Source: Pseudomonadota bacterium
Lineage (GTDB): Bacteria > Bdellovibrionota_B > Oligoflexia > Oligoflexales > CAIMVM01
NCBI GenBank assembly: GCA_037142195.1
Contig: JBAXBA010000099.1
Location: forward strand, 1-12,437
Direction: 5' to 3'
DNA length: 12,437 nucleotides
In this document: positions 1-7,587 of the stretch, in pieces
Numbering within the stretch: the stretch's first letter is position 1
Layout of the letters: each line of letters begins with the position of its first letter
Position numbers and translations under genes: made by a program
Notes under the pieces: model-generated
What the model was told of the DNA's origin: nothing
What the model saw: only the letters and a program-made list of their open reading frames with translations
Database searches by the model: none

Positions 1-316
1 CTGTCATCGATGAGGCGATATCCTTGGCCCCTTTGCTCGTTAGATCTAGACCAAATCTTAAAAGGAGACCTTCTTTTAAGATAGAGGAAAAAGCTTCCGA
101 AAATCTCTCGTCCATGGAAAGTGAGTCCAGTTCTTGCCTAATATCTTGCAAACGATCGATTCTTTTCTTCCTCGTGCGGCGATACCACATATAAGCAGCC
201 ACCAATGCTGCGAGTACCAATGCCACGATAAGGCCCATAGGCAGAGCCGACGATTTTTCTTCAAGCCCCGACTTGAGGCCTAGGATACCGTGAGGAAGTG
301 CATCTAATCCGTTCAT
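1..316 (-). CDS. Single-TM membrane protein of the MoxR/DUF58/Bat operon (DUF4381-like), truncated by the window edge
   Basis: Not in the ORF track. ATG at 316-314 overlaps the DUF58 stop (ATGA). The frame stays open to the window edge: MNGLDALPHGILGLKSGLEEKSSALPMGLIVALVLAALVAAYMWYRRTRKKRIDRLQDIRQELDSLSMDERFSEAFSSILKEGLLLRFGLDLTSKG... One TM helix followed by a basic stop-transfer stretch is the usual third gene of moxR-DUF58 operons. Confidence 0.75.
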   Translation of the reverse strand, partial: MNGLDALPHGILGLKSGLEEKSSALPMGLIVALVLAALVAAYMWYRRTRKKRIDRLQDIRQELDSLSMDERFSEAFSSILKEGLLLRFGLDLTSKGAKDIASSMT

Positions 317-1158
317 GAGCGCCTCCGCTTTTTCATAAACAAATGAAGGACTCTATCGGTTTGATCTGAGGTTTTTAAAACTAAGGATTTGGCACCCGTG
401 CGCTCGATCTTTGCCCTCCAAGATGCATCTTGGTCATCAGGGGCGACTCGCGCTTTAAAAAGCCCTGCGACATTTGATTCCAGATCCACACCCTGAAGAC
501 CAACATCTCGGAGATCGAAATCAATCCCTTCATCAACAATCTTAGCGGCTACGACATCGTGAAGACCGGAAAGTTTCGTAAGCGCCTTTTCATAATCCGT
601 ATCTAAATAGTCGGAAATCAACAACACAAAACTACGGCGCTTAAGCACCGAGAGCGCCTGTTCGATCCCAAAAGCAATAGAGGTCTTCTGCCCCTTCGAG
701 GATTGGGATAGAATGTGATCGACCATCGACCGGACGTGACTTTTTCCTTTACGCGGCACTTCCACAAAATGCACCTGATCCGAAAAAAGAACCACGCCGA
801 CGCGATCGCCGCGTTTTTCTGCGATCAAGGCTACAAGAGCCGCAAGCTCGGATGCCACTTCAATTTTAGACCTCAGACCAGAACCAAAAAAAAGTGACTT
901 GGAAACATCAAGGAGCACTAAAAAACTAACTTCGCGTTCTTCTCGAAACACTTTTATATAGGGATGATCGGCTCTGGCTGTCACCTTCCAGTCGATGCGC
1001 CTAAGGTCATCGCCGGAACTATAGTGACGTGATTCTTCATATTCCATGCCTTGGCCGTGGAATAGGGTTAAATAATCGCCAGGAGAAAAAGAACTCGAAA
1101 GCTTTTTTGCCCAAAAAGCGACTCTTTTGGCTTTTTCCCGTAAAATCGGTTGCGTCAT
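313..1158 (-). CDS. DUF58 domain (vWA-like) protein
   Basis: Motifs GxGMEYEESRHY..GDDLRRIDWKVTAR and KVFREERE, MIDAS-like LLDVSKS, GDRVG, and LISDY. ATGA overlap with moxR. Confidence 0.95.
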   Translation of the reverse strand: MTQPILREKAKRVAFWAKKLSSSFSPGDYLTLFHGQGMEYEESRHYSSGDDLRRIDWKVTARADHPYIKVFREEREVSFLVLLDVSKSLFFGSGLRSKIEVASELAALVALIAEKRGDRVGVVLFSDQVHFVEVPRKGKSHVRSMVDHILSQSSKGQKTSIAFGIEQALSVLKRRSFVLLISDYLDTDYEKALTKLSGLHDVVAAKIVDEGIDFDLRDVGLQGVDLESNVAGLFKARVAPDDQDASWRAKIERTGAKSLVLKTSDQTDRVLHLFMKKRRRS

Positions 1159-2114
1159 GGAATCGAGACACTTTTTAGAAGTTCATCAATCACTCTCTCC
1201 ACCGTCCAACCTGAGGATTCCCCATCATAGCTCAATCTGACCCGATGACGTAAAACATCATGGGCCACGTCTTTTACATCCTGAGGGGTGGCATAGGAGC
1301 GTCCTTCTAGAAGGGCATTCACTCTCACAACTTTATCAAATGCTAAAGAAGCGCGTGGAGAAGCTCCGATTTCAATGACTCCCGCAAGGCGCCCTGCTGG
1401 CTTTCGGGTGGCCGTAACTACACGGGCAATATAATCCCTTAAAGGCTCCGCCAACTTGATGGTGGAGATCAACCCCTTAATAGAGACTAACTCTTCTGCA
1501 GTCATGATTTTTTTAAGTTCAATGGTCTCGTGGGAGCGGCGCATCATTTCTATCTCGTCGGAAACGCTTCCATAATCCACTTTGACTTTGAAGAGAAATC
1601 GGTCCATCTGCGCTTCGGGAAGATTGTAGGTTCCTTCCTGCTCGATGGGGTTTTGGGTGGCAAGAACTAAAAAAGGTTCTGACAACTTAAAGGTCCCATC
1701 ACCGATCGTGACAGCCCTCTCTTGCATGGCCTCTAAAAGCGCCGACTGCACCTTCGCTGGGGCACGGTTGATTTCATCTGCGACTAGAATTTGGGTAAAT
1801 ATCGGGCCTTTTTTTAACTTAAACTCGGCACTATGGGGGACGTAAATTTCGGTGCCTATAATATCCAAGGGAAGAAGATCCGGGGTAAATTGAACCCGCT
1901 TGACGGTTAGGCCCAAAATATCGCCTAAGGCTTTCACCATACTGGTTTTGGCGAGTCCTGGAAGGCCTTCAAGAAGGACATGCCCGTCGGTCATCAGTCC
2001 CATGAGAAGTCTGCGAACCGCATGGTTTTGACCCACGATTCGACGGCCTACTTCCTCCGAAGCTGATAAGAGTTTAAATCTGGCTTTTTCTAAATCAGAG
2101 CTTAAATGTTCCAT
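1155..2114 (-). CDS. moxR: MoxR-family AAA+ ATPase
   Basis: Walker A HVLLEGLPGLAKT, RVQFTPDLLP.D, Walker B LVADEINRAPAKVQSALLEAMQE, ATQNPIEQEGTY.LPEAQ.DRF, GASPR, VLRHR. Confidence 0.96.
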   Translation of the reverse strand: MEHLSSDLEKARFKLLSASEEVGRRIVGQNHAVRRLLMGLMTDGHVLLEGLPGLAKTSMVKALGDILGLTVKRVQFTPDLLPLDIIGTEIYVPHSAEFKLKKGPIFTQILVADEINRAPAKVQSALLEAMQERAVTIGDGTFKLSEPFLVLATQNPIEQEGTYNLPEAQMDRFLFKVKVDYGSVSDEIEMMRRSHETIELKKIMTAEELVSIKGLISTIKLAEPLRDYIARVVTATRKPAGRLAGVIEIGASPRASLAFDKVVRVNALLEGRSYATPQDVKDVAHDVLRHRVRLSYDGESSGWTVERVIDELLKSVSIP

Positions 2115-2141
2115 TTTATTTTCCTAGAGGATTACCCCTAA

Positions 2142-2170
2142 AAAATAGCAAATGATCTCACCTAGTGCAA
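2142..2170 (-). promoter_or_regulatory. Candidate sigma70 promoter for the moxR operon
   Basis: Minus strand TTGCAC (2170-2165), N17, TATTTT (2147-2142) with an extended -10 TG, about 27 nt upstream of the moxR ATG. Confidence 0.35.
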
Positions 2171-2246
2171 CTATTTAGAACTGGAAGTTCCTCCCAATGA
2201 AGCTTAGAAGGATCTCATCAAGAAGGATTAAAAATATCTAAGTACC

Positions 2247-2798
2247 CTAGAAGAACAGCACGTCGCTCTCAGCTGCACCTTCAGTAAGGTCCAAGCCATC
2301 TATATATTTACAAATGATCTTTCGCTCACTATCCATCGCAGTCATTTTGAGGAGAGCTTTTCCGAACGTTTCCATAGGGATCATCTCACCACTTTCGACC
2401 TTTGCCCTAGCTTCCATCCAATGTTCGATCATACGCTTCATGTTATTCATGTTTTGAGTAATGCGATCTTGAAACTGCAAGGATTCCAGAATAGGCTGAA
2501 TGAGTCCACCAACTTCCAAATCACCAGCTGCCATGTCTTTTAGAGCTAAAACCAATTTATTTGCCAAATCCACGTTCCTGTTTTTGCTTTCGAGGGAATT
2601 TACGAGCGTTTTGAATTTCTCGACCGCCTGAATCGTCTCGTTACTAATTTGTGAAACGCGCGCAGCATCGCCGACGATTACATCCAAAATAGAGGAAATG
2701 GCTAGAGTCGAACGTTCCGATTCTTGGGAGCACCAGGAAACGGAGTCTTGTGTAAAATCGTGAAGCTCTTTAAGGAGTTTCTCTTTTGAAATCGTCAT
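2247..2798 (-). CDS. CheZ-like helical protein (QFQDxxxQ motif), paralogue 2
   Basis: All-helical 183-aa protein with LESLQFQDRITQ (nt 2454-2477), matching the CheZ-type DxxxQ phosphatase motif. Then TAMDSERKII, an acidic linker, and a hydrophobic C-terminus DVLFF. Starts 8 nt after the upstream paralogue's stop. Confidence 0.6.
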   Translation of the reverse strand: MTISKEKLLKELHDFTQDSVSWCSQESERSTLAISSILDVIVGDAARVSQISNETIQAVEKFKTLVNSLESKNRNVDLANKLVLALKDMAAGDLEVGGLIQPILESLQFQDRITQNMNNMKRMIEHWMEARAKVESGEMIPMETFGKALLKMTAMDSERKIICKYIDGLDLTEGAAESDVLFF

Positions 2799-2806
2799 AT
2801 TTACCC

Positions 2807-3466
2807 CTAAAAAAGAATATCTAAAATACCGGCCTGATCAGCGATCGACTCAGGAGGGTCGATCCCTAACATGCGTCGATAGTAAATGTCCCTCTCCCCT
2901 TTTGAGGTGAGACATTGGGCCATCGCTTCTGCGGTTGCCGTAAAATCATGGGAATTATTTTGATGCATAGCCATAATAGCTATGCCCCACATAGCTACGA
3001 CGTGATTGAGTCTTTGCCGGATCATATCTTCAAATTGCATCGAACTTAACACAGGAATTAGCTTTTGTTTGATAGCATCATCCAAAGAAATAATTTGCTC
3101 TAACCTTTTTTGAAGAGCAGAAAGAGCCATACGATTTCTAGCAAGTTCATCATTTTCACTATCTTCAGCCAAAGAAAGCCCGCTTAAATGGTCTCCTGCT
3201 TCAAGCTTAGCCTGAAGATCATCAATCATGGAATCTACGCCCGAGTTGATTTTCTCGGTTTCATGCCTAATTTCAGAATTTTCAAAGTAGATACTTCTAA
3301 AATCTTTTAAAGCCCGTTGGGCATGCCCATCAATAAACTTAGAAGACACGTCTAGGATGGATTCTGCGGCCTTCCCTGCGCACTCTACTGCGCTATTACA
3401 GACATCACCCACAATTCCTAATAAGGCGTCATCCATCTCTGCCAATCGAGCTTTCTTTTCGTCCAA
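2807..3466 (-). CDS. CheZ-like helical protein (QFEDxxxQ motif), paralogue 1
   Basis: LSSMQFEDMIRQRLNHV (motif nt 3014-3037), TSKGERDIY, C-terminus LDILF. Start moved from TTG 3478 to the in-frame TTG at 3466, which has GGAGG 5 nt upstream and fits the sigma28 promoter position (219 aa). Confidence 0.6.
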   Translation of the reverse strand: MDEKKARLAEMDDALLGIVGDVCNSAVECAGKAAESILDVSSKFIDGHAQRALKDFRSIYFENSEIRHETEKINSGVDSMIDDLQAKLEAGDHLSGLSLAEDSENDELARNRMALSALQKRLEQIISLDDAIKQKLIPVLSSMQFEDMIRQRLNHVVAMWGIAIMAMHQNNSHDFTATAEAMAQCLTSKGERDIYYRRMLGIDPPESIADQAGILDILF

Positions 3467-3497
3467 GGGAGCCTCCAATGCAACGGGTCACTCTCCC

Positions 3498-3524
3498 TAA
3501 TCGACTAAAAGGGACTAAACTTTA
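3498..3524 (-). promoter_or_regulatory. Sigma28 (FliA)-type promoter for the CheZ-like pair
   Basis: Minus strand TAAAGTTT (3524-3517), N11, GTCGATTA (3505-3498), against the consensus TAAAGTTT-N11-GCCGATAA: 8/8 at -35, exact spacing, 6/8 at -10. Confidence 0.75.
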
Positions 3525-3582
3525 AAATTTATTGGCGTAATAATTCACTACCTGTTAAAGACTGGGTTTACGGGGAGGGGTC

Positions 3583-3951
3583 GTGAACATTACTGAAGGC
3601 GTAGCAGTTCTCACAAAACCATGGAAAAACAGAAATAAGTTAGAGACTTACGTCTTTAACGAAGATGCGAAAAAGATCCTTTTGGCCTTTCCCAGAACCG
3701 TCCCTAAAGAGGATCTCACTGAAACCATCCCGCTTGGGGTTAGGACTCGACACTCGCATCAAAGTTACGGGGCTTTTTTGAGAGCCATCATCGACTCTTT
3801 GTTCCTTACTAAAGGAAAAAGTCCTACCCAAGACAAAATCGAATCCGCCCTGATTCGGGCCCATGGCGCCATGCCCCCAAAAATGGACACTGAAGACTCA
3901 GAATCCCATGCCCTCTTTTTTAAGCTTGCCCTAGCAGAATTTCAAAAATAG
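3583..3951 (+). CDS. Hypothetical protein (122 aa)
   Basis: GTG start preceded by a G-rich SD (GGGGAGGGG). Fills the gap divergent from the CheZ-like pair with globular composition. No recognised motif. Confidence 0.7.
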   Translation: MNITEGVAVLTKPWKNRNKLETYVFNEDAKKILLAFPRTVPKEDLTETIPLGVRTRHSHQSYGAFLRAIIDSLFLTKGKSPTQDKIESALIRAHGAMPPKMDTEDSESHALFFKLALAEFQK

Positions 3952-3968
3952 CAGAATTTCAAAAATAG
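3932..3968. repeat. Exact 17-bp tandem duplication spanning the stop codon of 3583..3951
   Basis: TAGCAGAATTTCAAAAA at 3932-3948 and 3949-3965, followed by a degenerate third start TAGAAGAAATTCA from 3966. Confidence 0.95.
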
Positions 3969-4074
3969 AAGAAATTCATGATTGGGAAAGCCCACTCCCT
4001 TTCCTCTCCTATTTAGGATAGAGTTCTGCATGCGCCTCCATGGGGATCTCGCTGCCACTCTCTAACGAGACCAC

Positions 4075-4160
4075 TTCCAGAAAAAAATTCCAGAAGGAGC
4101 TTCCAGAAGGAGCTTCCAGAAGGAGCTTCCAGAAGAAGCTTCCAGAAGAAGCTTCTAGAA
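4075..4160. repeat. 13-bp tandem repeat array (about 6.6 copies, TTCCAGAAGRAGC)
   Basis: Units: TTCCAGAAAAAAA (4075), TTCCAGAAGGAGC x3 (4088, 4101, 4114), TTCCAGAAGAAGC x2 (4127, 4140), TTCTAGAA (4153). Intergenic between convergent genes. Confidence 0.95.
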
Positions 4161-4208
4161 CCAGTTGATGGAGTCAAAGGCAGGCCAAGCTTTTGCCTAT
4201 CCAGGACC

Positions 4209-5486
4209 TCATCCTCCCAAGAAAACCAGAAGGAGGCTGCCCGTTAGGACAGAAGCCAAGATGGCCATCGTAATGAGTAGGGCAAATCGCCAGGCCCCCA
4301 TCACCCAGGAGAGGATGAGTTTAGAGAGAAGACTTGCTGAGACAGCTAAGAGCAGGGAGCGAATTGCCTCAGTGGGCTCAAGCTTGCCAGATGCCGCCAT
4401 GGTTGCCGCTGCAATGGCAGTCCCATGAAGTTCAAATAGTCCACTCAAAAAACTAGATGCTTGAACCGCTATCGGACCTAAGTAGCTTTTAACCGCTGAG
4501 GTAAAAGCCAAAAGAAAGATGACAAATAGGCTCAACTTAAAGACGCCTCTAAAATCGAGTGTCCATTGCTCGTGAGGTTCGGAAAGTGTCTTTTTCGGAA
4601 TGTTTTTTGTAGAGAAAACTCCAAATGCGGACATGATCAGAGCTGCTGCTAGGGCCGATGCCCCTACAGGAACAAAAAGCGTAGGAATCATAACGTTCAC
4701 GATACCCACAAATAAGATCAATGTTGCTACGGTTGCGGCGGCACATGTCGCTAAAGCTTGATAGACCGAAACTTTTCCCTCCTTGGAAAGTTTGGCCATA
4801 TTCAAAAAAACGGCAGTACTTGAAACCAGACCTCCCAAAAAGCCGGTAGCCAAAGCGCCCATTTTCAAGCCCAAAAGCCTGCCGATGATGTACCCACCAA
4901 ATTCGACACAGGCAATTATGAGAATGATTTGTCCCAATTGTCTTGGGTTAAAAAGATTCCACGGATCTACAAAACGATTCGGAAAGAGAGGGAAGAAAAC
5001 AAAAGCAAAGACAGTCAGTATCAGAGCAGAAGTGATTTCGGAGGGGCGGAGTGTGTCACGAGAAAACGTGTGCAGGAAGTCTTTCGAATACAATATGGTG
5101 GCGAGGATCACACCCATAATAGCGGCAAGAAGCCGATCGGAAATTGCAAGATATCCCAGCGCAAACACCACACCCACTGTGACCTCGGAGGTTAGCCCTA
5201 TATCCCGCGGCAAGGCCAGCTCCGCAGAATGATGATAACCAAGAGCTGTAACTACGGTAAGCAGAAGAATCATACCGAAAGTCAAAGCACTGGAATCCAA
5301 CTTCCCGGCGAGACTCCCTAACAGTCCGATCACCGCAAAGGTTCTAACACCCATGGGATTTTCTCCTTCTAAGGCACGGCGCTCACGATCGATTCCTACG
5401 GCTAAGGCTATAAGTAAGGAAACGGCAAAAGGAAGCAGCTTTTCGCCTACTGCAGCCACTCCTAAATCTAGTGTTCCATGGTTCAT
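4209..5486 (-). CDS. MgtC/SapB-family membrane protein with C-terminal DUF4010
   Basis: N-terminal GIDRER...GVRTF and GLTSE (MgtC/SapB). LFPNRFVDPWNLFNP and GFLGGLVSSTA are typical of DUF4010 fusions. About 13 hydrophobic segments. Confidence 0.9.
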   Translation of the reverse strand: MNHGTLDLGVAAVGEKLLPFAVSLLIALAVGIDRERRALEGENPMGVRTFAVIGLLGSLAGKLDSSALTFGMILLLTVVTALGYHHSAELALPRDIGLTSEVTVGVVFALGYLAISDRLLAAIMGVILATILYSKDFLHTFSRDTLRPSEITSALILTVFAFVFFPLFPNRFVDPWNLFNPRQLGQIILIIACVEFGGYIIGRLLGLKMGALATGFLGGLVSSTAVFLNMAKLSKEGKVSVYQALATCAAATVATLILFVGIVNVMIPTLFVPVGASALAAALIMSAFGVFSTKNIPKKTLSEPHEQWTLDFRGVFKLSLFVIFLLAFTSAVKSYLGPIAVQASSFLSGLFELHGTAIAAATMAASGKLEPTEAIRSLLLAVSASLLSKLILSWVMGAWRFALLITMAILASVLTGSLLLVFLGG

Positions 5487-6574
5487 CTCTTGGACCTGAC
5501 TAAGTAAGATTCCGCTAGCATCTTTACTGCAGCCGCAAGAGGTATCGACACAACCAAACCGACGAACCCTCCCGCCATACCTCCCACAGAAATGGCAAGT
5601 AAAACCGTGGCAGCACTTAAATCTTCATCCTTACCTTGAACCCAAGGCGTTAAAAACCATCCTTCCACAAATTGCACCACACCAAACGCTACCGAGGGCC
5701 AGACAAAAAGGCGCATGATATCAAGAGACTCATTTTTTATAAGGGCGTCGCCCATATTTACGATGAGTGCTACAAGCCAAACAAATAGAGACAAATAAGG
5801 AACGATATTGAAAAAAGCTGCAAGCATCCCAAAGAGAAGCCAATAGGAAACTCCGGTGATTTTCCATGCATAAGAAAAGAAAAAAACCGTGATCAGCGCT
5901 ATGATTATGCGTCCTCTGAAGAACCCCGCAAAGCAGACATTTAAGACATCCATCAAGGAAACATACTCGCTTTGCAACGAGCGCGGCAGCCACCGCAATA
6001 AATAGCGATACGTACCCTTTGAGTTTGCTGCAAACTTATAGAAACAGACCAACCCAATCATGATTCCCAAAGAGACATCAACCATACTTTTAAGAAAACC
6101 ATTAGCTGCAGTTAGGAACCGCCCTGTCTCTGATAGTGCCAAATTGAAAAAGTCATTGACTCGATAGCCGACACCAACAGATCTGAGCCATGCATTTGTT
6201 TTTTCGGTCACAACAAGTGTGTATGCGGGCTGCGCTGCCACAAAGAGCTTCATCTGCTCAACAAGAAGGGGACCTATCCAAATCCCAACGCTAGTTAATG
6301 CCACAAATCCAAAGCTGAGGAGGAGAGCTACCGTCCACTTCGGCTGGAGACCAAAGCGAGACTCAAAAAAATCTACAATCGGGTGAATGAGATAGGCTGA
6401 AAGCAAGGCCAAAACGACGGGCGAAAAGATCACACTCAATTGGTAGGCCATGTACAAGCCTAACCCGAGGAAACCAATGACAACTGCTTCGCGTACAGCA
6501 GTCAGCTGCCAAAGGTGGGGGCCGTATGGCTTCGATTCTCGGAATTTTTCATAGCTTTTCGGAGTATTCTTCAT
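5483..6574 (-). CDS. AI-2E (PerM/TqsA/UPF0118) family transporter
   Basis: PVVLALLSAYLIHPIVDFF, FFRGRIII, FNIVPY, VQFVEGWFLTPWVQG, GG.AGGFVGLVVSIPLAA. The ATG at 6574 gives 363 aa, the typical family size; the track's GTG at 6700 adds an implausible extension. Stop overlaps the MgtC gene start (ATGA). Confidence 0.9.
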   Translation of the reverse strand: MKNTPKSYEKFRESKPYGPHLWQLTAVREAVVIGFLGLGLYMAYQLSVIFSPVVLALLSAYLIHPIVDFFESRFGLQPKWTVALLLSFGFVALTSVGIWIGPLLVEQMKLFVAAQPAYTLVVTEKTNAWLRSVGVGYRVNDFFNLALSETGRFLTAANGFLKSMVDVSLGIMIGLVCFYKFAANSKGTYRYLLRWLPRSLQSEYVSLMDVLNVCFAGFFRGRIIIALITVFFFSYAWKITGVSYWLLFGMLAAFFNIVPYLSLFVWLVALIVNMGDALIKNESLDIMRLFVWPSVAFGVVQFVEGWFLTPWVQGKDEDLSAATVLLAISVGGMAGGFVGLVVSIPLAAAVKMLAESYLVRSKR

Positions 6575-6657
6575 GTTGACCCAAAGCATCCCATTCCCAC
6601 ATTCTCCGTCAAAAGCCTTTGCCCACGAGGCTGCAGACTTTGTCGCCACGAAAGCTA

Positions 6658-6673
6658 TGCAATTCCAGCTCCA
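6658..6673 (-). promoter_or_regulatory. Candidate sigma54 -24/-12 promoter for the AI-2E/MgtC operon
   Basis: Minus strand TGGAGCTGGAATTGCA has GG-N10-GC spacing with TTGCA at -12, about 85 nt upstream of ATG 6574. Confidence 0.3.
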
Positions 6674-7039
6674 CAAAGGAACCTGGGCAGAAGAGCTCAC
6701 CTTAAGAAGAAAGGTTCTTCGCGAGGGAGGCTTTCAAAAACTAAAGGACGGCTCAAAGAAGGCCTTTTGTGCCAACTTAGATTTCGGGAGCAGCCCATTG
6801 CCGCTTAAATACACCTCTAGAACTGTTAACTGTTCTTATTCACAACCAGAGGAGCCTTCCCATAAGACCTCGACACCAGAATACGAAAGTAACAAAAGCC
6901 ACTTGAGTGCCATATCACCCAGTTTCTTGCAAAGGACTCTTTCATAAAGGAGAAATATTTTGAAATAAGAGAATTCTGCTGCCTTGTGAAGCTGCGGATT
7001 CTCATTAAAGAGTTAGGTCAAGAAGTAAAAAATGAAAGC

Positions 7040-7549
7040 TTAGTGGATACGTTCATAGACTTGAAACGAAAATCTTTCAGGGACTTCATGGGTCTCAGAT
7101 TTAAGGAGTTTAAATTGAAATTCATCCACTGCGGGATAATGGGTATCGCCTTCCATCTCTCGGTCGATCGCTGTGAGATAGATGCGGTCAATTCTTTGCA
7201 AACTTGACCTGTAGAGATCTCCTCCACCAATGATAAATATATTCTGTTCCCCGCTGGAATTCTGGCCATTCTTTTTCCACCAAGATTCCGCTAATTGCAC
7301 AGCTTCTTCTAAAGATTTTGCTAAAGTGCAGCCCTCAGGAAGGTTTAAATCGGAACGAGAGAGGATCACATTGAAGCGACCGGGAAGCGGTTTGCCGATG
7401 GAATCAAAAGTCTTTCGTCCCATGATTACAGGACAACCTAGGGTTGTCTTCTTAAAATACTTTAAGTCTTCGCTAATATGCCAAGGCATTTTGCCGTCTA
7501 AGCCGATCACCCAGTTTTTTGACGCCGCCACAATATGACATATCCCCAT
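7040..7549 (-). CDS. folA: Dihydrofolate reductase
   Basis: IVAASKNWVIG..GKMPWHISEDLKYFKKTT.G.PVIMGRKTFDSIGKPLPGR.NVILSR, IIGGG, GDTHYP. SD AGGAG/GAGG. Directly downstream of thyA. Confidence 0.98.
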   Translation of the reverse strand: MGICHIVAASKNWVIGLDGKMPWHISEDLKYFKKTTLGCPVIMGRKTFDSIGKPLPGRFNVILSRSDLNLPEGCTLAKSLEEAVQLAESWWKKNGQNSSGEQNIFIIGGGDLYRSSLQRIDRIYLTAIDREMEGDTHYPAVDEFQFKLLKSETHEVPERFSFQVYERIH

Positions 7550-7587
7550 AGGCTTGACCTCACTCCTTGCAAATCGATAAAAAACGT

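Noticed and set aside
76..264. 62-aa minus-strand ORF in the track
   Set aside because: Alternative frame inside the better supported, translationally coupled ORF starting at 316.
4075..4160. CRISPR array
   Set aside because: Units are 13 bp, head-to-tail with no unique spacers, and there are no cas genes.
4178..4198. AGGCAGGCCAAGCTTTTGCCT hairpin as a terminator or sigma54 site
   Set aside because: Imperfect stem without a clear U-tract, and no credible downstream gene for a promoter.
4165..5232. Antisense or alternative-frame ORFs over the MgtC gene, and similar ones over moxR, folA, thyA, dinB and the lipoprotein
   Set aside because: Shadow ORFs of well-supported genes with no independent coding evidence.
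6575..6700. N-terminal extension of the AI-2E ORF
   Set aside because: Trp/Cys-rich and atypical; ATG 6574 gives the family-typical length. The exact start remains uncertain.
6515..6947. Plus-strand ORFs 6515..6808 and 6573..6947
   Set aside because: No SD or recognisable motif, and they overlap the AI-2E start region in antisense; probably spurious.
6600..7039. Known riboswitch (fluoride, c-di-GMP, Mg2+/Mn2+) upstream of the transporters
   Set aside because: No consensus core could be matched by eye; an Rfam search would be needed.
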